Virus record (IMG/VR): IMGVR_UViG_3300024324_000009
Coordinates: 96,001-160,000 of that record
DNA from: a virus
Length of the DNA: 64,000 bases
Strand: one strand, 5' to 3'
In this document: piece after piece, positions 1-9,894 of the stretch
Numbering within the stretch: position 1 is the first letter of the stretch
Layout of the letters: every line of letters begins with the position of its first letter
Made by a program: the position numbers and the translations under genes
Notes under the pieces: model-generated
Database searches by the model: none
What the model saw: only the letters and a program-made list of their open reading frames with translations
What the model was told of the DNA's origin: nothing

Positions 1-258
1 AAACTTATAGTGTTGTTCGCCATGAACCTCAATACACTTGCTATTAAGAGGTAGGAAAAAATCTAGATATACTCTCTGACCTTTCTTAATCGGTATTGTA
101 ATCTCTTCACATATTTGTAAAGTAGGAAAACATTCTTTAATTAAATCTCTCGCTGCTGTATGATATTTTGACTTACCTGCCCTAGTTGCTCTAGAAAGAC
201 CTTGTGCGATGTTCAATTTTATTTGGTTGCCATCTAGATCGTATACAGTTTTACTCAT
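1..258 (-). CDS. PD-(D/E)xK / DUF559-like endonuclease, runs off window start
   Basis: Not in ORF track. Hand translation MSKTVYDLDG...EEITIP...YLDFFLP...CIEVHGEQHYKF; D..E.HG.QH is Vsr/DUF559-like; ATG overlaps the end of recA. Confidence 0.7.
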   Translation of the reverse strand, partial: MSKTVYDLDGNQIKLNIAQGLSRATRAGKSKYHTAARDLIKECFPTLQICEEITIPIKKGQRVYLDFFLPLNSKCIEVHGEQHYKF

Positions 259-1270
259 CTACTTCCAATCCTAGCATTGCCTTTAATTCTTTGTCTAATT
301 GTTTGGCATGGTCAGGGTTTTCTAATAGATACAGCCGTACCTTCTCAGCACCTTGAAATTTAGGCTTGTCTTTAATAGACTCAAGCGTGTACCATGCACC
401 ACCTTTTTTAATAACACCCAAGTCGCTGCATAATTCGACCAACTCAGACATCTTATCAATTCCTTGTCCATATCTTATAAAACTGATACTCTTTACTCCC
501 GGTGGTCCAAGAGCAGAGGTGATCGTCTTCCAAGTGACTTTCTGGCCGACTTGTGGCCCTGTTGCAGGAATGTGCCATGCTTCTACTTTTTCAGCCCATA
601 GCTTCACATCTGTCTGATATGCTACAGCTTGTCCTGATTTTTCTTTGAACTCTTTTCCATAGCCGGTAGGATTACCCATAAGATGAGTAATACCAATAAC
701 AATATTCTTATTGACAGGAATAACATTGGCTACCTTTCTACAAAATTTAGCAAGCAATTTAGCACCGTCAGCCCTTTGCATTTTATTCATCTCAGAAGTT
801 ATCTCTGCTTCTGTACAAAGTGCTGAATAAGAATCAATAATTAAAATAGAACCGGGAATCTCATTGATGATACGTTCTGCAATAGCAAGATATTCTTCAC
901 CATGTAGAATCTTACCTTGTTGAGAGCCTACAATTTCAAACCTGTCTAAGTCTAGTCCTTCAATCCCTTTTAAATCCCGTTGCTTTAATCTACCTTCTAT
1001 GTTTAGGTAATACGCCTGTCTTGGTTTCTTTAGGTCTCCCTGATATTCTGGTCTGAGTGCTGTGGAGCAAAAGTCTAGAGACGATGTAGTCTTGCCGCAT
1101 TTAGGTTGTCCAGTGAAGATGATGAAACTACCTTCTGGTATTCCTCCTCCTAGACCCAAGTCTAAAGCTGGACTAACTGGTATAATAACTTGCTTTTGAT
1201 CGACGACAGCATTTGCTGACACTACAATTTCATCACCAAATTGTTTTTTAATATCTTCCTTTAATGCCAT
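251..1270 (-). CDS. recA: RecA/UvsX-family recombinase
   Basis: SPALDLGLGGGIPEG, Walker A GQPKCGKT, Walker B IIDS, C-terminal GAWY and KFQG. Confidence 0.93.
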   Translation of the reverse strand: MALKEDIKKQFGDEIVVSANAVVDQKQVIIPVSPALDLGLGGGIPEGSFIIFTGQPKCGKTTSSLDFCSTALRPEYQGDLKKPRQAYYLNIEGRLKQRDLKGIEGLDLDRFEIVGSQQGKILHGEEYLAIAERIINEIPGSILIIDSYSALCTEAEITSEMNKMQRADGAKLLAKFCRKVANVIPVNKNIVIGITHLMGNPTGYGKEFKEKSGQAVAYQTDVKLWAEKVEAWHIPATGPQVGQKVTWKTITSALGPPGVKSISFIRYGQGIDKMSELVELCSDLGVIKKGGAWYTLESIKDKPKFQGAEKVRLYLLENPDHAKQLDKELKAMLGLEVDE

Positions 1271-1678
1271 TTAATCTAACTCCCTAAGTTTACTGATAAT
1301 GTTGTCTTTAGTCTTATGTTTTGTATAAGTTGGTTTTTCTATTCTCTCTATGTCCTTACGCATCTGTGTGTTCTGTGCTGCAAGTTTAACTTCTTCCTCT
1401 TCTATTATAGCCTTGAGGTGTGGTGCTCGCAAGGAAAAAATTCTTAGACCGGCATTAGTATTTAACGCATTAATTATCGCCCTTGGAGAAAACTGCTTAC
1501 ATAACCTATTTGCAGTTGGTATCTGATTCCTGAAGTATTTATTCCACTTGTCACTGAGCCAGAAACGATGGTGTAAATCTTGCTTTTCTTTTTTGGCTTT
1601 GCGTTCGCATATCATCTCTGTGATAAACTGAGCCGGTGTTATCTCTTTATTTTGAAAATATTTAGATGGGTATTTCAT
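1271..1678 (-). CDS. hypothetical phage protein
   Basis: 135-aa ORF abutting both neighbours. Confidence 0.7.
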   Translation of the reverse strand: MKYPSKYFQNKEITPAQFITEMICERKAKKEKQDLHHRFWLSDKWNKYFRNQIPTANRLCKQFSPRAIINALNTNAGLRIFSLRAPHLKAIIEEEEVKLAAQNTQMRKDIERIEKPTYTKHKTKDNIISKLRELD

Positions 1679-2115
1679 TATGCTTCGTTCGATTTCTTTT
1701 TTTCCAATTCTTTTTCTATATTAACATACGAAGCATCAAGAGATTTGTCAAGTGTTTCTATGAAATCTTTTGACAGATTTACTGGGTCTATTCCGGGCTT
1801 GACTACTACATGATAATCTACACTATTAATTTGCTGTATATTTGTTAACTCTGTACACTCATCATTCATGTGGTGTAACTCTGACTTGACATTAATAAAA
1901 AGATGTGTAATGCCTTCAGTAACAAATTCAGGATGAGCATCCCCATAATAGTATCCTGCTTCATCTATAGGGTTCTCACTTTGGTTTGTTCGACCGCTTG
2001 CTGCCGCTTCCATTTTTTTCTTTAGCCTATGATACTCTTCAATTTCTTCTGGGCTAATAAGTTCTAAAAAACTCTTAACTTCTTCGTCTATCTTTATTTC
2101 TTCTTCGTTCTTCAT
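1678..2115 (-). CDS. hypothetical protein
   Basis: 145-aa ORF with GGAG RBS. Confidence 0.7.
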   Translation of the reverse strand: MKNEEEIKIDEEVKSFLELISPEEIEEYHRLKKKMEAAASGRTNQSENPIDEAGYYYGDAHPEFVTEGITHLFINVKSELHHMNDECTELTNIQQINSVDYHVVVKPGIDPVNLSKDFIETLDKSLDASYVNIEKELEKKKSNEA

Positions 2116-2218
2116 TTCTGTTCTCCAATACTGCTAATATAAATGCTAGAACAACTCCTGCTGTTGCTAGCCAGACAAAAAATCTAATTAAAAATTCTAT
2201 CGCCGGTACGCCACCCAT
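2075..2218 (-). CDS. small membrane protein (47 aa)
   Basis: MGGVPAIEFLIRFFVWLATAGVVLAFILAVLENRNEERRRNKDRRRS; TGATG coupling to the upstream gene. Confidence 0.55.
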   Translation of the reverse strand: MGGVPAIEFLIRFFVWLATAGVVLAFILAVLENRNEERRRNKDRRRS

Positions 2219-2562
2219 CATTCTGGCCTAAAAATAAAGCCGGAAGTATCTCTACTCTCTCCGGTTTCTTTAGCCTTTTTGACGGCTTCATCTGCCTGCA
2301 TAGACGCTGCTTCTGTCATTACAGAAACATTGCTCTTGCCACTTGCAGTATCATGACTCATCAAATCTCTAACACCTGTTACGGGAGCCTGCTTTGTTTT
2401 TACAGCAGATTCTTTTTGTGCTGGTTGAGGATGATGCTTTTTGACTACACCTCTAACTTGTGCAGGAGTAAGGCCTAGTTCTTCAGAAACCTGCGAAGTA
2501 GTTTTCCCTTCACTGATCAAGTGCAAAACAGCATACGTTTGTGTCTGTGTAATCTTTGCCAT
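2218..2562 (-). CDS. HTH-domain protein
   Basis: EGKTTSQVSEELGLTPAQVRGVV helix-turn-helix pattern. Confidence 0.6.
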   Translation of the reverse strand: MAKITQTQTYAVLHLISEGKTTSQVSEELGLTPAQVRGVVKKHHPQPAQKESAVKTKQAPVTGVRDLMSHDTASGKSNVSVMTEAASMQADEAVKKAKETGESRDTSGFIFRPE

Positions 2563-2963
2563 TATTCTATCTCTCTTTCTGCGTTAAGTAAAAATGCTTT
2601 GTTCCTAGTCTTTAAAAAATCAATATACATTGTGAAGGCTTTAAGATTTACTTCCCTGAATCTGTCATTAGAACGGCACACCCGATCCAAAAAGTCCTCG
2701 TCTTCTTTCATTCCATAGATACTTAGAGCATCAAATAGCTTTCCTGTCTGTGCAGTTTTAACCAAATATTTGTTGCTACCGTCTTTCCTGATCATTGTTT
2801 TAGCATACACCCTATTGTCGTCCGACTCTCTACGTGGATAGTCGTCCTGATCATTAAAGTCCTGATGACCTGCCATCGTATAAAAAGCCACACCCTTTTC
2901 AGTGTTTTCTTTTCTGATAGTTTTCTGTTCTTTGTATACGCTTTTTGGGTTAAATATTGACAT
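2562..2963 (-). CDS. hypothetical protein
   Basis: 133-aa ORF with AGGAG RBS. Confidence 0.7.
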   Translation of the reverse strand: MSIFNPKSVYKEQKTIRKENTEKGVAFYTMAGHQDFNDQDDYPRRESDDNRVYAKTMIRKDGSNKYLVKTAQTGKLFDALSIYGMKEDEDFLDRVCRSNDRFREVNLKAFTMYIDFLKTRNKAFLLNAEREIE

Positions 2964-2971
2964 ATGTTCTC

Positions 2972-3340
2972 CTAGTCTTTAGTCCATTTAGTTTTAGTTT
3001 TGGGTCTTTCTATCCTGCTCATGCCTGCTGGCAACTGTTCATCTAGTACTTTCCTAGCGTCTTCTTTTTGTTTCTGGTCATAATGCTTGGCTTCAATGGA
3101 TTGCTTTTTGTCTTCGCTAAACCTTCTGCCATTACGCTCTGCTAGATGACCTAATGTAATTTCACTGTCTCCCTTTATTACACTGACTAAAGGCAGATCG
3201 TCTTCATATGAACGACACACATGCTTTTTCTTTTTACATTTAGGACAATCTGGTTGACTATCATATTCTGAGATTGATACAGTCAACTCAAAGTAAATGT
3301 TGCAATTTTTGTCTTCGCAGCAATATGTATATGTTGGCAT
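2972..3340 (-). CDS. FmdB-family zinc-ribbon protein
   Basis: MPTYTYCC..C...FE and CPKC pattern. Confidence 0.8.
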   Translation of the reverse strand: MPTYTYCCEDKNCNIYFELTVSISEYDSQPDCPKCKKKKHVCRSYEDDLPLVSVIKGDSEITLGHLAERNGRRFSEDKKQSIEAKHYDQKQKEDARKVLDEQLPAGMSRIERPKTKTKWTKD

Positions 3341-3341
3341 C

Positions 3342-3923
3342 CTATAAGTAACCTTTGAGATAATTGTTCCATTGACTTGGTATCCTATCCTTTATTATAT
3401 GCAGTTCATGGGTGATTGGCAAGTACCTATTTGATTTTTTTGGACGAACTGGCTTTTTACGCAGTTTTAAGTCTGTTTGATTTAACATTTTATTAGATTT
3501 TCTGCGATTGCATTTTATGCAGCAGGTTACGATATTTTCCCAAACAGTAGGAGAACTTGATTCTTCCCATTTGGACTTAGGAATAACATGGTCGTAAGTT
3601 AATTGATTTACACTTGGTAAGGCCCCACAGTATTGACAGCTATAATCATCTCTAATAAATATATTTTTTCTAGAAAAAACAACATGGTGAGTATTATATA
3701 TATTAAAATACTTAGCTGTTTTAATAACAGAAGGGACTTGAACAGTGTTCTTGGTGCCTTGTATAAAATCATCAGTATAATATTCTATAATTTCAATAGA
3801 AGGCTTTTCATGCATAGAATACTGATATTCCCAAACGATGGCTTTTCTCCAACTGATAATGCCAATCGGAGAAAAGTCAGCATTTAATATTAAGCACTTT
3901 TTATGATCTTCTATTGTTTTCAT
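3342..3923 (-). CDS. HNH endonuclease (McrA-like)
   Basis: LILNAD, RDDYSCQYCG, TYDHVIP, WENIVTCCIKCNRRK. Confidence 0.9.
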   Translation of the reverse strand: MKTIEDHKKCLILNADFSPIGIISWRKAIVWEYQYSMHEKPSIEIIEYYTDDFIQGTKNTVQVPSVIKTAKYFNIYNTHHVVFSRKNIFIRDDYSCQYCGALPSVNQLTYDHVIPKSKWEESSSPTVWENIVTCCIKCNRRKSNKMLNQTDLKLRKKPVRPKKSNRYLPITHELHIIKDRIPSQWNNYLKGYL

Positions 3924-4617
3924 GATTAGATAGCCTATCTACAATATCAGCGATAATTGGATTTCTAACTATATCTATGTCTTCTAGTCTTTGACATCCT
4001 ACGCCATAAACATCTTCTAGTATATCAGACAGTGCATAAAAACCACCTTGTTGCTGCCTCATAAGATCAGACTGCTCTACGTCTCCCGTTAAGATCATTT
4101 TGCTATCCATGCCAATTCTAGTCAACAGCATTTTAAGTTGGTCGTAGGATGCATTCTGGCACTCGTCAGCTATGATAAAAGCATTGTGGAAGCTACGACC
4201 CCTCATTAAAGCTAGAGGTACAACTTCAAGTTTTTTCTTGGCTTTTAGCATACCTATATGAGTAGGCATTAAAAAGTGACTTAGTTCATCAAACAAGGGA
4301 AGTAGATAGGGGTGCAGCTTCTCTTCTGCTGTTCCCGGTAAGAAGCCTAGTTTTTCTCCAGCTTCTACTACTGGTCTAGTAATAACTATTCTTTCAACTT
4401 TCATATCTAATAGATATTCTAAGGCCATTCCTACTGCAATATGAGTCTTACCAGTACCTGCTGCACCTTGGCAAAAAGTAATAGTATTCTCAGCTACAGA
4501 ACGAATATAATCTTTCTGATTAATTGTTTTAGGTTTTAACCTGTTTTTAAATCCAACAATAATCTCTTCAGGCTTTTCAAGCCTGTTAGTACCAGTGTTC
4601 TTTTTTTTCTTTCGCAA
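3901..4617 (-). CDS. phoH: PhoH-family ATPase
   Basis: GAAGTGKT, TRPVVEAGEKLGFLPG, MRGRSF, DECQN, GDVEQSD; probable TTG start at 4617 after GAGAGG. Confidence 0.95.
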   Translation of the reverse strand: MRKKKKNTGTNRLEKPEEIIVGFKNRLKPKTINQKDYIRSVAENTITFCQGAAGTGKTHIAVGMALEYLLDMKVERIVITRPVVEAGEKLGFLPGTAEEKLHPYLLPLFDELSHFLMPTHIGMLKAKKKLEVVPLALMRGRSFHNAFIIADECQNASYDQLKMLLTRIGMDSKMILTGDVEQSDLMRQQQGGFYALSDILEDVYGVGCQRLEDIDIVRNPIIADIVDRLSNHENNRRS

Positions 4618-4646
4618 AATAATACCTCTCGGTAAAGGGTTAGAGT

Positions 4647-6848
4647 TTAAATTAGACAAGCACCTCCTGCACAACTAATTTCCTCTATTCCTGTCGTATT
4701 ATCCTCTGTTTCTAAGAGTTGTGTATAATCAACTTTAATAAAACTGTCGTAAAGGTCTTTATACCTTTTCCAGTTATATACGTCTTTCATACAGTATGTT
4801 AGACGTTTTTCATCGCCGTCAAAATAGCTGGCGGCAAATCTATGCATCTTTACAGCAAAAAGTTTTTTATCATCAGGGTCACTATCAGCTTCTTGCTTCA
4901 AAGTAATATAGTCACATGCGGCCCATAAATTTAAATCAAAAGCATTCAGGCCTAATTCGATTAAACCAGAACACCATAAGGCAGCATCGCCATATTCTTT
5001 CACAATCTCTCTAGGAGTATAGACTGTAGTAAATGGTGCTTGAGGATAATCCTTGTCACCACTCTGAGGAATCAAACTAATTCCAGCAAAGAACTTTCTA
5101 TTATTATATATATATTTAGTTACGGATTCCCATTCTTCGGGCTTTACAGTAACAGTGTTGCTGACGTTGTGACTAAGAAAGTCCTGTGTACATAACGATC
5201 TATTTTTACCAGATTGTACCCAGTTTCTTTGAGCGTCTTTTACAACACCCAGCATTTCTACAGCAGGTAACTGATTCTTTAGCTTAGAACCGTCAGGAAC
5301 TTCTATAGGGAATTTTACAACCTCATCTGTATCATTAGCAGACCAAGAAGATTTTTCGCAGGCCTGTGGGTTATAACTCTTAAAGTGTTGAAAAGGGGCT
5401 TCCAGAATATTCGCTTGTACATGTCTAATGTATCTCTTAGCATGGTGAGGATGAATACCGGAACTTGTACCAAGCATAGAACTTGAGGTTCCTTCTGGTT
5501 TCAAGCAAGTTACTCTAGCTGCCTGATTAATATTAATTATTTTAGCAATCTCTTTGTTTGTATCAACAGCAATCTTAGCACCTTTTTTGAGTACTTTCTC
5601 TGTCAATACTAAATCATGTTTTTCCATTATTCCTGTTAAAGAGACACCTAGCAATGCTTCTCTTTCAAAGATAGCATTGGTGACATCACCTAGATATTCT
5701 AGGTTTGTAAAGCCTGCTTGCAGAGTTCCAATAATAGCAGCAGCCCGACATCTTTCGTAAAAGTCTTCTTCGTCTACTACAGAAGAGCAATTAATCGTAG
5801 AAAGATTACAACCTTGCCAACCAGACTTACCTGTTTTCTCATCTACAGGCCACATGCCTACTTCTACGCATGGGTTAAATGTCATCTCTGTGGAGTCGCT
5901 CCAGATAAATCCGGGTTCACCGAACTCTTTGACTGAATCCATCAGATTCTTAAATTGTTCGTATGTAGTCTCGTCTTTCAGAAGTAGAGCGGAGTTGTTA
6001 CTTCTGGCTCGCTGTGGATTATCTATGTACCAGTTGCCCGTTTTGGCTTTAGCCATTTCTTCATCATCTGCACTAAATAGTGCTAAGGACGCACTTCTGC
6101 GAACACCACCAGATAGTACAGCATCGCTTGAGTGCATAATAATATCATAAGCATCAATCGGTCTGAGTTTTTTGGTCTTATTTTCAACGCATTTCTCCAA
6201 CAGCTCTCTAATTTTTTCTAAGCCATTTTGTAGAGGCTCGAAACCGGGAGCCTTACCTACGCCGGAAGAAAGCACAGCACCTTTCTCACGAATGTTACTG
6301 TAATCAAAGACAATGTACTGATCCTTATATTCTTTAAATTTTTCATCTGTAGGCTTAGTAAAGTACGAACTAAGCAACACGCCTAAAGCATCAGACCAGC
6401 CTTCGATACTATCTTCTATTTTATACTTTACACCTTTTCGCTTATCTTTTTTAGTTTGTATCAATGAAGGAAGTTTAGCTACGTGATGCTTTTGGACACT
6501 AAAGCCCGTTCCGCTACCGCATAATAACAGCCAGAAACATTCTTGAAAGAATCTTGGACGATCACAATAAGAACTGGTACAGTTATAGATTTTGGCATGT
6601 CGTTTTAATATAGGGTCTCCACCGAACTGCAATGCTCTTTGACTGCCTAGCACTTTCTTTTTATGCATCATACTATAAGCCCAGTTGATTTGATCTGCTA
6701 GGCTTTCTATGCTTCCATATTGAGTATGCATCATTCCTTGTACACGCTCTACTGCTTCTTTCCAAGTCTCTCTTCTGTTTTCTGATTCTACCCAACGTGC
6801 GTACTTGCTAACAAAAGTATAGTTCTGTAATTCATTTAACGCCGACAT
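4647..6848 (-). CDS. nrdJ: class II (adenosylcobalamin-dependent) ribonucleotide reductase, RTPR-type
   Basis: RRETW, YNC, GGVRRSA, GEPG, NPCVE, KPEGTSS, C-terminal CAGGAC. Confidence 0.92.
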   Translation of the reverse strand: MSALNELQNYTFVSKYARWVESENRRETWKEAVERVQGMMHTQYGSIESLADQINWAYSMMHKKKVLGSQRALQFGGDPILKRHAKIYNCTSSYCDRPRFFQECFWLLLCGSGTGFSVQKHHVAKLPSLIQTKKDKRKGVKYKIEDSIEGWSDALGVLLSSYFTKPTDEKFKEYKDQYIVFDYSNIREKGAVLSSGVGKAPGFEPLQNGLEKIRELLEKCVENKTKKLRPIDAYDIIMHSSDAVLSGGVRRSASLALFSADDEEMAKAKTGNWYIDNPQRARSNNSALLLKDETTYEQFKNLMDSVKEFGEPGFIWSDSTEMTFNPCVEVGMWPVDEKTGKSGWQGCNLSTINCSSVVDEEDFYERCRAAAIIGTLQAGFTNLEYLGDVTNAIFEREALLGVSLTGIMEKHDLVLTEKVLKKGAKIAVDTNKEIAKIININQAARVTCLKPEGTSSSMLGTSSGIHPHHAKRYIRHVQANILEAPFQHFKSYNPQACEKSSWSANDTDEVVKFPIEVPDGSKLKNQLPAVEMLGVVKDAQRNWVQSGKNRSLCTQDFLSHNVSNTVTVKPEEWESVTKYIYNNRKFFAGISLIPQSGDKDYPQAPFTTVYTPREIVKEYGDAALWCSGLIELGLNAFDLNLWAACDYITLKQEADSDPDDKKLFAVKMHRFAASYFDGDEKRLTYCMKDVYNWKRYKDLYDSFIKVDYTQLLETEDNTTGIEEISCAGGACLI

Positions 6849-6907
6849 TGCATCTCCTGATCAAAATGAAAGTATAATAAATTATTTGTTTGTCCTTGTG
6901 ATATCAC

Positions 6908-7366
6908 TTATATACACCGCTTTAACCAAGATATATCTGCTTCTTTATATAAAATTTTCATTCCAGAATTTTTTATAAAAAAATCAAAACGATTTTTGGC
7001 TTCTTCGTCAAATAAATGTGTACCATGATTTTTTGCCATAACTACGGTTTCTACGCCTTCTTGCCAAAGGGCCATAATACAGTCGTTACAACATTGTCCG
7101 GTCACATAAGCAATTCCTTTATCTGGTCTAATTACACAGTTTGAGAGTGCATTTCTTTCAGCATGAATCATCCACGGATACTTCTCAGGACGAGTAGTAG
7201 GCAGAGATGAGTCATCCATTCCTCTAGGGAATCCATTGTATCCTACTCCTATAATTCTATGATCAGCATCTGTAATGACACAACCGTGTTGAGTTTCAGT
7301 ATCGTGACTCCGTTGAGCCACAACCTGTGCTATTCCTAAAAAATAATCATCCCACTCTGGTCGCAT
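6908..7366 (-). CDS. dCMP deaminase
   Basis: WDDYF, GYNGFP, HAERNA, CCNDC zinc motif. Confidence 0.9.
   Translation of the reverse strand: MRPEWDDYFLGIAQVVAQRSHDTETQHGCVITDADHRIIGVGYNGFPRGMDDSSLPTTRPEKYPWMIHAERNALSNCVIRPDKGIAYVTGQCCNDCIMALWQEGVETVVMAKNHGTHLFDEEAKNRFDFFIKNSGMKILYKEADISWLKRCI
6913..6918 (-). promoter_or_regulatory. GGTGTA putative phage-sigma promoter element upstream of nrdJ
   Basis: GGTGTATATAA; motif recurs upstream of many genes. Confidence 0.5.
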
Positions 7367-7405
7367 CTTTATTTTACCTATTTTGAAAAGAGTTAGTACC
7401 TACCT

Positions 7406-7433
7406 ATTATAGTTAAAATCGTTATGAAGTCAA
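7406..7433 (-). promoter_or_regulatory. sigma70-type promoter TTGACT-N16-TATAAT
   Basis: read directly; upstream of dCMP deaminase. Confidence 0.7.
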
Positions 7434-8017
7434 GAAGGATTATAATTTTTTGAGTAGTCTCCAACAACAAAATCCATATAGTGATAGTAATATATAATGT
7501 CTTGCTGTCTCTGAGTTAACGCTATAGATTTTTTAATTAGGCTTTTATTAGTATGCGGAAAGTTGTTAAGTATATCAAACCTTTCTGGACCATCACCGTG
7601 ATATATGTCTTCATTGTTTAAAAATTCTTCAATGATATTTTCACATTTTATTAGATGTGTATATTGCGGATATACTATGCTGACAGGCATTTGTACTGCT
7701 TGCTTAGAGTGTAACATTAACCACTCATCAAATGATATGGCATCATTTTCCATTTGTATATGCCACTTCCATTGACTAATAACTCTATCATATGGGTTTC
7801 TAATCGGTAAATATCTTTTCCAGCCTTCTTGCATAACTAGTTCAGGAACCGTGGCTGAATGCGGATTTGTCCATAGTGTAGGCTCCCAGCTATAGTGTGG
7901 ATTGCTACCCAGAAACCTAGTATAGCAATTCCATTGATTAAAGAAGTCTATTATACTACTAGAATAATTTTTAAAAGGCGTATAAATACAAAATCTCTTC
8001 TTACGGTTTACTATCAT
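7430..8017 (-). CDS. sulfotransferase family 2-like protein
   Basis: IRNPYDRVISQW (3'-PB-like), PFKNYSSS (5'-PSB-like), PHTNKS. Confidence 0.65.
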   Translation of the reverse strand: MIVNRKKRFCIYTPFKNYSSSIIDFFNQWNCYTRFLGSNPHYSWEPTLWTNPHSATVPELVMQEGWKRYLPIRNPYDRVISQWKWHIQMENDAISFDEWLMLHSKQAVQMPVSIVYPQYTHLIKCENIIEEFLNNEDIYHGDGPERFDILNNFPHTNKSLIKKSIALTQRQQDIIYYYHYMDFVVGDYSKNYNPS

Positions 8018-9405
8018 AAATCACCTATCTGTGGTTCGCTGAAGTTACTTATTATATAGTTTTGATTCTTATTAGTTTTATTAAATTCATTATCCAGTTC
8101 TAGGCCAGTAAATTTCTGTACAATAGTTTTTTCATTAAGTTTATGGTCTTTAATTAAAATTACATTTTCTAGTTCTTCTATTGGATGTTCGTATCTAATA
8201 TTGCCTTCTAATAATATTATCTTGTGATTCATTAATAAAGATTCTAATACTACTACAGGACAAGGGTCACGGTTACTAGTTAACATAAAATAGTCTAATT
8301 TTTCTAGTTGTCTATACGGGTTTTCTGTTACAGGCAGGCAGGAAAGATTTGCTTCATTATGCGGAAATTCTCCTCCTATCCAAATGAAATCATATTCGGG
8401 ATTATTCTTTGCTAGTAAAGCAAATAATCTGGGATTTTTGCGACTACATACAGTACCGCACATTCCTATTTTAATACGTTTGTTTTTTCTTGTTCTTTTT
8501 TTAGTTTTTAAAATTTTAGCTTGACGAGTAGGATGTATAAATTCTGGAACCAGTTTACATTTTTCTTTAATCTCTGGTGGTAAATTAAAGTTTTGCATTA
8601 TTTTATCTGCTACAAAATACGTAGATTTAAACTGTGATATCAGTGTTATAATTTCTTTTCTGTTTGAGCCAAAACATCTGTATAGATCATTATAGGTCTC
8701 ATGGAGATGTAATATTGTACGACTTAGATATTTTTCAAAAACTTTATAGTCTTTAGTTATCCTAGTCATAGAGTTTGAGTAAATCAATCTGGGTTCATTA
8801 GCATCTAATATGTCTTTAAGTATATTGGTATTGCCAAAGTAGTATAGCTTTTGTATAGATTTGTGTAATTTGAAACAGTTTGAGGGGAAAATATCTAACC
8901 ATACAACTTTCTCTCCTTTATCAACAAGCCAATTAGCTAAATCTTGTAAGTAAAAAGGAGCACCTGTTCTGCTAGTATGGTGATTCACTAGAACAATAGC
9001 ATCATCGTCAAAAAATATTTCTTGCTCTATTAAAAACTTATTTAGTTCTTGATAAGACATGCCTATATCCCATAATCTACCTTCTCCATAACCATGCTGC
9101 ATGAAGTGGGAACTAGGACATTTTAGCCTCTTTATCTCCGGGTTAATAAATAAATATATATCAGAATCGAAACTACTAGGTAATTCAAGAAGTGTCTTGT
9201 GATACAGATTTTTAGTAGACCTGTTTTCTTTTTGTCCCGACATTAAATAGTGCAGATATAAATCAAATTTATTAAACAGTAGGTTCTCTTGCAGGTCTGG
9301 GTTTACGTCTAAATACTCTATATGATTAAAGTCCGGCTCCAGTGTCCTCACAGATTTATAGAGGATGGACTGCTCGTCGATACATTTTTTGAAATGTTTT
9401 CGCAT
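8014..9405 (-). CDS. GT4-like glycosyltransferase with N-terminal YL.xNP(D/E) repeats
   Basis: SRTGAP, RKNP, SNRDPCPVVVLES; two F....YL..NP....H....G..E.R repeats. Confidence 0.75.
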   Translation of the reverse strand: MRKHFKKCIDEQSILYKSVRTLEPDFNHIEYLDVNPDLQENLLFNKFDLYLHYLMSGQKENRSTKNLYHKTLLELPSSFDSDIYLFINPEIKRLKCPSSHFMQHGYGEGRLWDIGMSYQELNKFLIEQEIFFDDDAIVLVNHHTSRTGAPFYLQDLANWLVDKGEKVVWLDIFPSNCFKLHKSIQKLYYFGNTNILKDILDANEPRLIYSNSMTRITKDYKVFEKYLSRTILHLHETYNDLYRCFGSNRKEIITLISQFKSTYFVADKIMQNFNLPPEIKEKCKLVPEFIHPTRQAKILKTKKRTRKNKRIKIGMCGTVCSRKNPRLFALLAKNNPEYDFIWIGGEFPHNEANLSCLPVTENPYRQLEKLDYFMLTSNRDPCPVVVLESLLMNHKIILLEGNIRYEHPIEELENVILIKDHKLNEKTIVQKFTGLELDNEFNKTNKNQNYIISNFSEPQIGDL

Positions 9406-9893
9406 GATTTTTTATCTCTTTGTGATATAACGCTAGGCGTTGCCACAGGCCAAATAATATTAAATGCAGGGTCACACCAGCAATGCCCCATATCGTGCTT
9501 AGGTTCGTATACAGAATCTTGTTGATGGTAAAGTTTACAACTTTCCTGTACAAAAAACCCATGACCACAATTTGGAGGAATGTAAATACTGTTTAATTTT
9601 TCAGAATCAATAGTGGTTCCAAAATATTGATTGTATGTTTCACTCTCTGGTCTTAAGTCTACACATACAATATACACCTTACCGGCAAGACAACTAATTA
9701 ATTTTCCATAAGGAGTCTGGTGTATTCCAGAAATTGTACCGACTGTAGCTTCTTCATAATTTGTTTGAAATGCAACAAATTGAGGTAGAGCACAACGCTT
9801 GTACATTTCTGCAAACACTCCAAGGTGTCTCTGCTTTATCTCTGGATACATTACTACGCAGCCTAAAATAAAAGTGTCTCTAATCTCAATCAT
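9348..9893 (-). CDS. rmlC: dTDP-4-dehydrorhamnose 3,5-epimerase
   Basis: GIHQ..KL, VDLRPESETY, YIPPNCGHGF, DP.F.I.WP, S.RD. Confidence 0.85.
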   Translation of the reverse strand: MIEIRDTFILGCVVMYPEIKQRHLGVFAEMYKRCALPQFVAFQTNYEEATVGTISGIHQTPYGKLISCLAGKVYIVCVDLRPESETYNQYFGTTIDSEKLNSIYIPPNCGHGFFVQESCKLYHQQDSVYEPKHDMGHCWCDPAFNIIWPVATPSVISQRDKKSCENISKNVSTSSPSSINL

Positions 9894-9894
9894 T

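Noticed and set aside
6849-6907. Cobalamin riboswitch upstream of B12-dependent nrdJ
   Set aside because: The gap is only about 60 nt, AT-rich, with no B12 box
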